A stretch of DNA of 64,000 bases. Origin: Chlorobiota bacterium. Lineage in GTDB: Bacteria > Bacteroidota > Ignavibacteria > Kapaibacteriales > UBA961. A program made the translations under genes and the position numbers. Below are positions 52,168 through 60,762 of the stretch, in pieces. The stretch spans positions 8,597 to 72,596 of the forward strand of contig JBDHXA010000002.1 of the NCBI GenBank assembly GCA_039810485.1, in the 5' to 3' direction. Each line of letters begins with the position of its first letter. The first letter of the stretch is position 1. The notes beneath the pieces are model-generated. The model was not told where the DNA came from. It ran no database searches and saw only the letters and a program-made list of their open reading frames with translations.

Positions 52168-52836
52168 TCAAAGGAACGACACATTCAGCTCCGTATAATC
52201 ATGCAACAATAACCGCGCATTGTCACCGGATGTTACGCTGCCGACTCCTGAAGGAGTGCCGGTAAAGATGCAGTCGCCTGCACGAAGCTCGAAAATTGAC
52301 GACAAATATGCGATAATTTGCGCTGTGGATCTTTCCATTTTTTTGGAGTCGCCATATTGACGCTTCTCGTCATTTAGAAATAAAGAGAATGTCAAATGCG
52401 GTTCTTTATCTCCATATTTTTCTATAGGTACAATACTAGAAATTGGCGCCGAATGTCTGAATCCTTTGGACACTGCCCATGGCTCGCCGCATTGCTTGGC
52501 GCGTTGCTGTGCGTCGCGCGCAGTCAGATCGAGGCCAACGCCATAACCAGCAACAACTTGAAAAGCATTTTCAGTAGCAATATCTTTGCAGTCACTGCCA
52601 ATGAGCACAACAAGTTCTGCCTCAAAATGCACTTCCGATGAAAATTTTGGAAGTTCTACGACGGCGCCGTTAGGCGAATAAGCCGATGGCGGCTTAATGA
52701 AAATAATTGGCTCGCTTGGCACAACCGCGCCCATTTCACTTGCGTGGTCGGCATAATTGCGCCCAGCGCAATACATTGTGCCGACCTGCATTGTTCGACC
52801 ATCGGTAAATACATAATTTCTATAATCGAGATTCAT
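52168..52836 (-). CDS. Fumarylacetoacetate-hydrolase (FAH) family protein, short single-domain type (oxaloacetate decarboxylase / acylpyruvase-like).
   Basis: FAH-domain pattern …GRNYADHASEMG…EAELVVLIG…GYGVGLDLTARD…. Confidence 0.75.
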   Translation of the reverse strand: MNLDYRNYVFTDGRTMQVGTMYCAGRNYADHASEMGAVVPSEPIIFIKPPSAYSPNGAVVELPKFSSEVHFEAELVVLIGSDCKDIATENAFQVVAGYGVGLDLTARDAQQRAKQCGEPWAVSKGFRHSAPISSIVPIEKYGDKEPHLTFSLFLNDEKRQYGDSKKMERSTAQIIAYLSSIFELRAGDCIFTGTPSGVGSVTSGDNARLLLHDYTELNVSFL

Positions 52837-52893
52837 TTCTATATTGAAGATCGTCGAATGTTAATTTTCCTTTATTAATTACAACAAAATTAC

Positions 52894-52941
52894 AAAAAAA
52901 AGCCCCTGTTTTCGAGATAAAATATACTCGCAAACAAGGGC
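52894..52941 (-). terminator. Rho-independent terminator downstream of ctpA.
   Basis: Stem gcccctgtt / aacaagggc with an A8 run on the + strand immediately 5' (a U-run on the - strand). Confidence 0.55.
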
Positions 52942-52962
52942 TTTGGCAGTTAGGAGGTTATT

Positions 52963-54573
52963 CTATTTCAATCGTGCTATTTTCATTGCTTCTGGGAAAA
53001 GTGAAATTGCTTTCAGGGTTTGCTTGTCATTTTCGAAGGCAATGGGATAGAAAGCCGAATTTCCCCATAATGCTCGTGCAATATAGGCGCGCATCATAGT
53101 AATAATGAACGTTTTATCTTTGGCGTAGTCATCATTATTCCAAGTTATTTCCTTCGATTCCGCCATTTTTTTGAAACTAGCAAGCTGATGCTCGTTTACA
53201 GTAAATTTTTGCTGAAATTTCGCGTTGTCAGATCCATATTGCACACGAAGTCCGGAGCCTTCGCCGGCGAGAAATTCTTCAGACCAAAGCCAAAAGAGGT
53301 TTTTACTTCGAATTTGCCTGCTTAACGGCGTTATAGTGTCTGGCTTTACAATATAATCGGGTGTTATGCCGCCGCCGCCATAAACAGTGCGGCCGCCTTT
53401 TGTTTTGAACTTTGGATGCAAGCTGTCGGAAGCGGTAACATCCGATTCATGCTCAAGATTATCGCCCTCTTCACCTTCGTCGCGTCCTTCGCCCTTGTAA
53501 TATTTCGACTTATCGCTGTACGGTCGCTGTATCAAGCGACCTGAAGGCGTGTAATATCGCGAAATAGTAAGTCGAAAAGCAGAGCCGTCCGCAAGAGAAA
53601 ATTGCTGCTGCACCAATCCTTTTCCAAATGATGTTTGCCCAACGATTAGACCACGGTCGAGATCTTGAATTGCGCCGGACACAATTTCGCTGGCCGAGGC
53701 GGAGCCGCCATTGATGAGAACTATCAGTGGAATATTTTCAAACTCGCCATTGGCAGTTGCCACATATTCTTCACTTAGCTCTTCGCGCCGCGCTTTTGTG
53801 AATACAATTTTATTGCCAGTAGTTAGAAATTCATCAGCTAAACGCTTAGCTTGATCGAGATAGCCACCCGGATTGCCGCGCAAATCGAGTATCATTTTTT
53901 TCATGCCCTGATCGCGCAATTTATGAGCTGCCTCCACAAATTCACGATGAGTGTTTTCGGCAAAACGATTGATGGTTATCATTCCGACATCGGATCCGTT
54001 GATTATAAAAGCGGCATCAACAGTATAAATCGGTATTTTATCGCGAGTTATATCAAAATCGAGAAGACCGCTTACGCCGCTGCGCTTTATGCTGACTCGC
54101 ACAATAGTGCCTTTTGCGCCGCGCAATTTTTTCGGCACATCGTCGCGACTAAGTCCAATTGACAGCTGATTGTCAATTTTTACGATTTTATCGCCGGACT
54201 GGATGCCAAGAGCTTCGCTTGGACCGCCTGCTATGGGTGTTACAATGGTGATTGTATCCTGCACAATGTCATATTCTACACCGATTCCTTCGAAACTGCC
54301 GCGAAAATCCTCATTGACCTTTTTCATGGCATCGGCGGAAATATATACCGAGTGCGGATCTAACTCATTGAGCATGCCTTTTATAGCTGATTCGGTGAGT
54401 TTCTGAGTATCAACGTTATCCACATAATTTTTTGACGTTATGTTCAGCACGTCGTTAAACTTTTTTACTTGCTCGTAGATATTATCGCCGGAAATGAGTG
54501 GCGCAGCCCATATTCCGGCCAATGCTCCTATGGCGGCTGCAGCAATAATGACTATCAATTGGCTTTTTTTCAT
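52963..54573 (-). CDS. ctpA: Carboxyl-terminal processing protease (S41 family, PDZ-containing).
   Basis: PDZ (GGPSEALGIQSGDKIVKIDN), S41 motifs LDLRGNPGGY, catalytic Ser/Lys region (GGSASASEIVSGA…TSFGKGLVQ). Confidence 0.85.
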   Translation of the reverse strand: MKKSQLIVIIAAAAIGALAGIWAAPLISGDNIYEQVKKFNDVLNITSKNYVDNVDTQKLTESAIKGMLNELDPHSVYISADAMKKVNEDFRGSFEGIGVEYDIVQDTITIVTPIAGGPSEALGIQSGDKIVKIDNQLSIGLSRDDVPKKLRGAKGTIVRVSIKRSGVSGLLDFDITRDKIPIYTVDAAFIINGSDVGMITINRFAENTHREFVEAAHKLRDQGMKKMILDLRGNPGGYLDQAKRLADEFLTTGNKIVFTKARREELSEEYVATANGEFENIPLIVLINGGSASASEIVSGAIQDLDRGLIVGQTSFGKGLVQQQFSLADGSAFRLTISRYYTPSGRLIQRPYSDKSKYYKGEGRDEGEEGDNLEHESDVTASDSLHPKFKTKGGRTVYGGGGITPDYIVKPDTITPLSRQIRSKNLFWLWSEEFLAGEGSGLRVQYGSDNAKFQQKFTVNEHQLASFKKMAESKEITWNNDDYAKDKTFIITMMRAYIARALWGNSAFYPIAFENDKQTLKAISLFPEAMKIARLK

Positions 54574-54618
54574 GCAATCAGCTGAATAACAAGAAAATCA
54601 AATTTCAAAATACGTGCA

Positions 54619-55341
54619 TCAAAATTTAGGGAACCAATACACTGTAAATCGCGGAATAGAATACATGCGCGACAATAATCCTGACGAACCTGAGCAAAAA
54701 GTGGGATTATTGCTTATTTGTTCGCTACCAAAAGGAATTATAACACGCCATTCGGCAGTTGGAACAATCATTCCTGCGCCCGTTTCCAAATGTACTTCAA
54801 ATCCAACGCCTACATCCAAGCCAAATTTTTGGACAGAAGAAGGAGCATCGGAATCAATTACTCTTTGACCGAGCTTTTCCCACTGCATCGAAGCGCCGGC
54901 GAGCGCAAACAAGCCAATGCGTTTGTTTGAGTTTGCTACAAATCGCGCGCCTATGGAAGCAAAATTATAATGATCGCCCTCCGGACGATATTTCGTTACT
55001 TTTATATTGTTGTTGTGCGAATATATGTAGCTGGCATCAATTGTTAAAAAATCGAACAATCCGTAGTTTAATGAGCCGCCAAATGATAAAATACCATCAT
55101 AGCTTACTGATATTCTTCTGCTATCTGTACATTCTTGAAAATCAATAATCGTATTAGTTGCAACTGTGGCTCCAATACCTAACGATTTTTTGTATGGATT
55201 TGGCGGCTGCACTTCTTCATTATCATACTCTTCATCACGAGGATTACCAGAATTCTGCGCACATATCGGCGCGGCTGCTAACAATAGAAATGCTATAAGA
55301 ATAGGAATACGAAAAAGTTTTTTTGCAGTGGATGTTGTCAT
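54619..55341 (-). other. Outer-membrane beta-barrel (OmpW/porin-family-like) domain or gene embedded in the TatD reading frame.
   Basis: Candidate start MTTSTAKKLFRIPILIAFLLLAAAPICAQ at 55341. Alternating amphipathic beta-strands and a C-terminal aromatic residue (…YWFPKF). Confidence 0.45.
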
Positions 55342-56061
55342 TGAATAGATATTTTCGAGAGTTGTTGAATGTATCTCGGCAATTTTTTCAGCTATAAGCC
55401 GAACATGCGAAGGCTCGTTGCGCTTGCCGCGATATGGAACCGGAGACATATAAGGCGCATCTGTTTCTAACATTAACTTATTCAGCGGCGCTGCAGCAAC
55501 CGTATCGCCAAGGATTGATTTCTTATAGGTTATATTGCCGGTAAAAGAAACGTGCATTCTTAGACGAATTATTTCATTGAGCATTGCCGGATAGCCAGAA
55601 AAGCAATGCATGACGCCGGATAAGGAGCCATCCTGCTCCTCGGTTAGAATTTTCAGCATGTCATCGTCAGAATCTCGGTTATGCACTATAACAGGTTTAC
55701 CGACCCGTTTTGCAATTCGCAATTGCCTGCGAAACACTTCTTGCTGAGTTTCTCGCGGAGCAAAATTATAATAATAATCCAGTCCAATTTCACCGATTGC
55801 AACAACTTTCGAATCGGCGGTTTCATTTTCTATTCTCTCAAAATCAACGTACTTCGCTTCGTGTGCATGATGTGGATGAATGCCTATGCCGCGATAGATT
55901 TGAGTATGCTTTTCGGTTAATCGCTTCACAGCGTCAAAATTTCCGGGATCAATCGAAGGAATGATAATGGCTTCCACGCCGGAGTTAAAAGCTCGAGCAA
56001 TAACTTCGTCGCGGTCATTGTCAAATTGTTCGTTATCGAGATGCGAATGAGTGTCTATCAT
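54619..56061 (-). CDS. tatD: TatD-family metal-dependent hydrolase (about 253 aa) running without a stop codon into a downstream outer-membrane beta-barrel (OmpW/porin-like) ORF that retains its own signal peptide. Apparent in-frame fusion, possibly a lost stop or an indel at an A7T5 homopolymer.
   Basis: TatD motifs (MIDTHSHLD…, EIGLDYY, HCFSG, ETDAPYM, C-terminal KKLFRIP). This is immediately followed by ILIAFLLLAAAPICAQ and a roughly 200-aa beta-rich domain ending YWFPKF. The Met of MTTSTAKKLF at 55341 would give a perfect signal peptide. Confidence 0.55.
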   Translation of the reverse strand: MIDTHSHLDNEQFDNDRDEVIARAFNSGVEAIIIPSIDPGNFDAVKRLTEKHTQIYRGIGIHPHHAHEAKYVDFERIENETADSKVVAIGEIGLDYYYNFAPRETQQEVFRRQLRIAKRVGKPVIVHNRDSDDDMLKILTEEQDGSLSGVMHCFSGYPAMLNEIIRLRMHVSFTGNITYKKSILGDTVAAAPLNKLMLETDAPYMSPVPYRGKRNEPSHVRLIAEKIAEIHSTTLENIYSMTTSTAKKLFRIPILIAFLLLAAAPICAQNSGNPRDEEYDNEEVQPPNPYKKSLGIGATVATNTIIDFQECTDSRRISVSYDGILSFGGSLNYGLFDFLTIDASYIYSHNNNIKVTKYRPEGDHYNFASIGARFVANSNKRIGLFALAGASMQWEKLGQRVIDSDAPSSVQKFGLDVGVGFEVHLETGAGMIVPTAEWRVIIPFGSEQISNNPTFCSGSSGLLSRMYSIPRFTVYWFPKF

Positions 56062-56092
56062 ATTGAAAACATTAATGCTTGGCAAGCATTTT

Positions 56093-56551
56093 TTAGTTGT
56101 CGTTAATATGCCGAATGGAGATAATGCGATTATTGTCGTTTTCAGCATCGAAAACGATGCTTATTTCCCATTGAGATTGAGGCATTAGTTCACCGGCATT
56201 TTCCGGCCATTCCACAATTTTTATAGCATTTTCGGTGTACATGCATTCTTGGAAGCCGATTTCTGCCAATTCGCCTGCCGAACTGATTCGGTACAAATCA
56301 ACGTGGTAAATTGTTATTTCTTCGTCGTCGGCATCGTTTCCGAAATACTGATTTATAATGGTAAACGTTGGGCTTGACACAATGCCTTCAACGCCAAAAT
56401 AATCGCAAATACCTTTGGTAAATTCGGTTTTTCCGGCTCCTAATTCACCGGAAAGAGACACAATATCGCCCGGATGCAAACTCTCGGCAAATGTTTTACC
56501 GATATGATTCGTATCATCTTCGCTTATAGAATGGTAGCTGTTAATTTCCAT
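56093..56551 (-). CDS. tsaE: tRNA threonylcarbamoyladenosine biosynthesis ATPase TsaE (YjeE).
   Basis: P-loop LSGELGAGKTEFTKGI and a conserved HVDLYR-like segment. Start placed at the ATG at 56551 (MEINSYH...), giving 153 aa. Confidence 0.75.
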   Translation of the reverse strand: MEINSYHSISEDDTNHIGKTFAESLHPGDIVSLSGELGAGKTEFTKGICDYFGVEGIVSSPTFTIINQYFGNDADDEEITIYHVDLYRISSAGELAEIGFQECMYTENAIKIVEWPENAGELMPQSQWEISIVFDAENDNNRIISIRHINDN

Positions 56552-56636
56552 GAGCGCTGCCAAATGTGAAACATAGTAAAGTAAATTTTTATGTTCTGCA
56601 TGAGAGGAAAACTCCCCTTTTTTCGACAAAATCGAA

Positions 56637-56660
56637 GGCGAGGCATTTGTTCTCCTCGCC
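56637..56660 (-). terminator. Candidate intrinsic terminator hairpin downstream of the PorX-like gene.
   Basis: Stem ggcgagg / cctcgcc. The minus-strand 3' flank ttcgattttgtcg is U-rich. Confidence 0.35.
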
Positions 56661-56691
56661 TATTCTCGATAATTCTCTTGAAATCTTCGCC

Positions 56692-58251
56692 CTATTTTGG
56701 CTCCAATGTAATCACGGGAAGCATCATTTCCTCTAGCGAGATGCCGCCATGCTGAAAACTGTCGCGATAGCGCTGCACATAATGATGATAATCTGTAGGA
56801 TACACAAAGTAATAATCCTCTTTTGCAATTATGTAATTATCAGAAACTCCCGATCCGGGCAGTTTATACTCTTCAGGATTGCGTATGTACAAAGCTGTTT
56901 TACTGTCGGCTTTTACATTTTTGCCATGCTTAAAGCGCAAACAAGTTGAAGTTTCGCGATCGCCTAATGCTTTTACAGCTCTCATGCAGCGAACCGATCC
57001 ATGATCTGTGGTTATTACAATTTTTACTTTTGGAATGCCCGATAGAGTTTTCAACATTCCGAAAAAGCTAGAATGTTGAAACCATGAACGAGTAAGCGAG
57101 CGATAAGCTGCTTCATCGGGCGCAATCTCTTTGAGTATCGGATAATCAGAACGCGAATGAGCTATCATATCTACTGCATTTACCACAATGGCAGTCAGAT
57201 GTTGCTTGGCATATCGTAAAATATCATTTTCAATTCTCTTGCCAAAATCTGTGTCTATGATTTTAATATAAGCGAGTTCGTTTTTTAACGATATTCTTCG
57301 GCGCTTAAGCAAAGCGTTGAGCAATTCTTTTTCATTTGCATTTTGGCTATGCTCCGAAGCGCTCATATCTGGCGCTAATTGCGGATAGTGCTTTTTAAGA
57401 TCCGAAGGAAATAAACCGGAAAATATTGCGTTTCTTGCATAAGGCGTCGAAGTTGGCAAAATACCGCTGTAATATTCTTTTTGTACGCTAAAATACGGAC
57501 GAATTAGATCTTCTATTATCAGCCATTGATCCAAGCGCATGCAGTCAATCACAAAGAAAAATACTGGATCACCAGATTGGAGATGCGGAATTATATGTTT
57601 GTCCACAATATTTGGAGATAGCGCCGGACCTTCGCCCGCGATCCATCGGCGATAATTATGCTCTACGTATTTGCCAAACTCAGCATTGCACTCGCGCCAT
57701 TGGTCGCTAAGAGTTTGGAGAAATCCGAGCTCCGGATGACGGTCTAAATCAATGCTCCAATTTACAAGTTTCATATAAATGTCGAGCCAATCATCCCAAT
57801 CCATAAAATCAAAAAGGCGCCTGCTTATTTCGGCAAAGCCCTGAGTGTAGTCCTGCGTCAATTTTTTTTCGGTAATACGGCGCGATTCCAAAAACTTTTT
57901 ACAAGCTGCTAATATTTGCGCAGGATTTACAGGCTTCGTCAAATAGTCGTCAATTTTCCGCCCGATCGCCTCCTCCATCAAACTCTCAGCCTCATTCTTC
58001 GTTACCATTACCACTGGCGCCGAAGGGTCGACTTCTTTGAGTTGCGCTAATGTTTCCAATCCGCTCATGCCAACCATTGATTCGTCAAGAAAAAACAAGT
58101 CATAGCGTTCGCGCTTTGCCATTTCAACAGCATCGCTGCCATTGGCTGCTGTGCTGACAATGTAGCCGCGCTGTTTCAGAAGAATAATATGCGGTTTCAG
58201 CAATTCAATTTCATCATCAATCCAAAGGATATTGCCTTTGTTTTGTTCCAT
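56692..58251 (-). CDS. porX: PorX-like response regulator: N-terminal CheY-like receiver fused to a PglZ (alkaline-phosphatase-superfamily) effector domain. Putative T9SS regulator.
   Basis: REC (ILWIDDEIELL…LFFLDESMVGMSG…K). The C-terminal domain has the PglZ-like hallmark …ITTDHGS… and is about 519 aa. The architecture and length match PorX of Porphyromonas/Flavobacterium, and T9SS cargo genes are abundant in this window. Confidence 0.6.
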   Translation of the reverse strand: MEQNKGNILWIDDEIELLKPHIILLKQRGYIVSTAANGSDAVEMAKRERYDLFFLDESMVGMSGLETLAQLKEVDPSAPVVMVTKNEAESLMEEAIGRKIDDYLTKPVNPAQILAACKKFLESRRITEKKLTQDYTQGFAEISRRLFDFMDWDDWLDIYMKLVNWSIDLDRHPELGFLQTLSDQWRECNAEFGKYVEHNYRRWIAGEGPALSPNIVDKHIIPHLQSGDPVFFFVIDCMRLDQWLIIEDLIRPYFSVQKEYYSGILPTSTPYARNAIFSGLFPSDLKKHYPQLAPDMSASEHSQNANEKELLNALLKRRRISLKNELAYIKIIDTDFGKRIENDILRYAKQHLTAIVVNAVDMIAHSRSDYPILKEIAPDEAAYRSLTRSWFQHSSFFGMLKTLSGIPKVKIVITTDHGSVRCMRAVKALGDRETSTCLRFKHGKNVKADSKTALYIRNPEEYKLPGSGVSDNYIIAKEDYYFVYPTDYHHYVQRYRDSFQHGGISLEEMMLPVITLEPK

Positions 58252-58434
58252 GCATACTCCTATTCAGTGAACATACTGTCATAACTGACGCTTTGACGTA
58301 ATAGCAGCGACTTTTCGTATCTTATTATAAATATTCAGAATTTTTCTCTTTCACGTCAATCTGTATAATTCTGTATATAAACATCGGCAATCTTATCATA
58401 ACTTATATGATTTCAGATGAGTTGCAACGTAGCT

Positions 58435-58968
58435 TCAGTTGCCAAGCAACTTTCTGTAAGTCATCGCAACATCAATATAATGCAGCGCTGACTGTCGTAT
58501 CGCTTCACGCTCGGCATCGGTCAATTCTCGCACTATTTTTGCAGGCGTTCCCGCCGCAAGAGTTCCTTCCGGCACCACAAATCCTTCGCGCACAACTGAA
58601 CCGGCTGCTACTAAAGAATACGACTGAACTACGGCGCGGTCGAGTACACGAGAGCCCATTCCTATAAGACAACAGTCCAGCACAGTGCAGCCGTGCAAAA
58701 CAGTCGAGTGTCCAACAGTTACATCGCTTCCTATCATAAGAGGATATTTTGCCGTAGTTACATGCAGCATTGAAAGATCTTGAATATTAGTTCTTTTTCC
58801 AATGCTTATGCTATGCACATCGCCGCGTATCACGCTGTTAAACCAAATTGACGATTGGTCGCCGATTGACACATCGCCGGCAATAACAACACCCGGACAC
58901 ACTAATACTTCATCGTCTATTCGAGGATACATTTCGTTATATGGCAGAATTATTGGCGTTCCGTTCAT
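58435..58968 (-). CDS. Gamma-carbonic-anhydrase-like left-handed beta-helix protein (CaiE/PaaY/YrdA family).
   Basis: Hexapeptide repeats with conserved His (…VIRGDVHSISIG…MLHVT…). Confidence 0.8.
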   Translation of the reverse strand: MNGTPIILPYNEMYPRIDDEVLVCPGVVIAGDVSIGDQSSIWFNSVIRGDVHSISIGKRTNIQDLSMLHVTTAKYPLMIGSDVTVGHSTVLHGCTVLDCCLIGMGSRVLDRAVVQSYSLVAAGSVVREGFVVPEGTLAAGTPAKIVRELTDAEREAIRQSALHYIDVAMTYRKLLGN

Positions 58969-58989
58969 AAAATTTTAGTATATAGAAAT

Positions 58990-59180
58990 GAGCCCAATCC
59001 GAAAAGGTATTTTATAAAAATTGCAGACGAAAGATTCGCTGTTTTTCAAAAAAACATCTCTTCTAAGAGCTAAAAAAGTCGCTTTTTTGCCGTTTTTCTC
59101 TTATAAAACGAGTAAAAACTGTACATTTTCACCATGTTTTCTTTGATTTGAAATATATCCGACTTTTCGGAGTGGGCTCA
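58990..59180. repeat. Long-range inverted repeat (17/18 bp, one mismatch) whose arms are about 156 bp apart, inside a 478-bp divergent intergenic region.
   Basis: gagcccaatccgaaaag (58990-59006) against cttttcggagtgggctc (59164-59180), which is the reverse complement with a single mismatch. Confidence 0.6.
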
Positions 59181-59445
59181 GAAATAGAATTTTAGATCGC
59201 TTTTGAAATAATTATTGCGATAATTTGTATAAATTTCTCACAAAAATACCGAAGGTTAAGCAGCCGTAGATTGCATTTATGCCTATATTCCAATTTTGCA
59301 TTTGCTTGCGGCAAAGCTAAACTGCATTCAATTTGTCGAACAACATGCTACAATGCCTCACATTAAATTATTAAACGTTGAAAAAGAGGTATTTTTGCAA
59401 TAGTTCATTTTGAAGCAAAACATTTATTCACATCACTAATTTTAT

Positions 59446-60696
59446 ATGGCTATGGAAACAACCGAACGTCCGGTAGCGGCGCCGGTTTTCGAAGAATTAG
59501 CGCCCCCCGCTTTTACTCTGGGAATTGAAGAAGAATATATGGTGATGGATCCGCAAACATTTGATTTGCGATCACATGTCAATATGGAGCTTATATCGAA
59601 AGGCCGGACCCTGCTTCACGAGCATATCAAGCCGGAAATGCATGGCTCTATGCTCGAAATCGGCACAGGAATTTGTAAAAACATACGCGAAGCACGATTT
59701 GAAATAACTAAAATGCGTTCAATGATTTGGCAGCTCTCCCGACAAAACGGGCTGCTGTTTGGCGCGGCAAGCACTCACCCATTTGCAAAATGGCAAGAGC
59801 AGGAGATTTATCCCGATGAGCGCTATAAAATTCTGATCGAAGACATGCAGGTTCTCGCTCGCTCTCTTCTAATTTTCGGAATGCATATTCACATTGGCAT
59901 AGCCGATAGAGAATTGCAGATTCAAATTATGAATGAAATGCGATATTTTTTACCGCATATTCTTGCCATTTCTACAAATTCTCCTTTCTGGATGAGTGAA
60001 AACACGGGATTAAAATCATATCGCTCAAAGATTTTCGAGACATTTCCACGCACAAACCTGCCCGATGAATTTTCCAGTTGGGCTGAATATGAAAACTACT
60101 TGAAACTGCTCATACGCACCGGCTGCATTGACAATGGAAAGAAAATATGGTGGGATGTGCGTCCTCATCCATTCTTCCCAACGCTTGAAATACGAATTTG
60201 CGATATTCCAATGCGTGTTGATGAAACTATTGCAATTGCGGCTCTCTGTCAGGCAGTCGCAAAAAAACTATATATGCTTTACAAAGAAAACCTCAGCTTT
60301 CGCCGCTATTCCCGCGCTTTGCTCATGGAAAATAAATGGCGCGCCGTACGTTATGGACTAGATGGCAAAATGATTGATTTCGGCAAGCAAAAAGAACTTC
60401 ATACGCGCGATCTCATAGGAGAACTAATCAGCTTCGTAGACGATGTGCTGGACGGTCTTGGCTCGCGGCGCGAGGTTGAGTACATCTATCAGATTTTAGA
60501 TATGGGAAGCGGCGCGGATCGTCAAATCAAAGAGTTCAACAAAAGGCAAAATCTGCAAGATGTGGCGGAATATATTCATCATGAAACAACAGTCGGACTA
60601 CAGAGCGACGCCTCGATGTATTTGACCAATATCCATAAGCCGTCTGATGATGCTATTCGTGAAAAAATGTCTTCGATGAAGCTACCTAAATTATAA
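59446..60696 (+). CDS. Carboxylate-amine ligase, GCS2 / YbdK family (putative glutamate-cysteine ligase 2).
   Basis: N-terminal FTLGIEEEYMVMDP and overall collinearity with YbdK-type ligases. Confidence 0.75.
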   Translation: MAMETTERPVAAPVFEELAPPAFTLGIEEEYMVMDPQTFDLRSHVNMELISKGRTLLHEHIKPEMHGSMLEIGTGICKNIREARFEITKMRSMIWQLSRQNGLLFGAASTHPFAKWQEQEIYPDERYKILIEDMQVLARSLLIFGMHIHIGIADRELQIQIMNEMRYFLPHILAISTNSPFWMSENTGLKSYRSKIFETFPRTNLPDEFSSWAEYENYLKLLIRTGCIDNGKKIWWDVRPHPFFPTLEIRICDIPMRVDETIAIAALCQAVAKKLYMLYKENLSFRRYSRALLMENKWRAVRYGLDGKMIDFGKQKELHTRDLIGELISFVDDVLDGLGSRREVEYIYQILDMGSGADRQIKEFNKRQNLQDVAEYIHHETTVGLQSDASMYLTNIHKPSDDAIREKMSSMKLPKL

Positions 60697-60762
60697 TCTC
60701 ATTTATTAGTCAGTTTTTTGTGCGTCTTCTTGCGTGTAATTTGACAATTATTCTACTGTAAA

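Noticed and set aside
52168-52836. FAH-family gene as the fumarylacetoacetase completing the hppD pathway
   Set aside because: At 222 aa it is the short single-domain FAH type (oxaloacetate decarboxylase / acylpyruvase-like), not the roughly 420-aa true fumarylacetoacetase. It is also 20 kb from hppD on a different transcription unit.
54619-56148. Annotating the 509-aa ORF as one native protein starting at 56148
   Set aside because: The first 29 codons overlap tsaE and lack conservation, and TatD begins at the ATG at 56061. The C-terminal third has its own signal peptide. I therefore treat it as TatD plus a fused downstream OMP ORF rather than a single bona fide multidomain protein.
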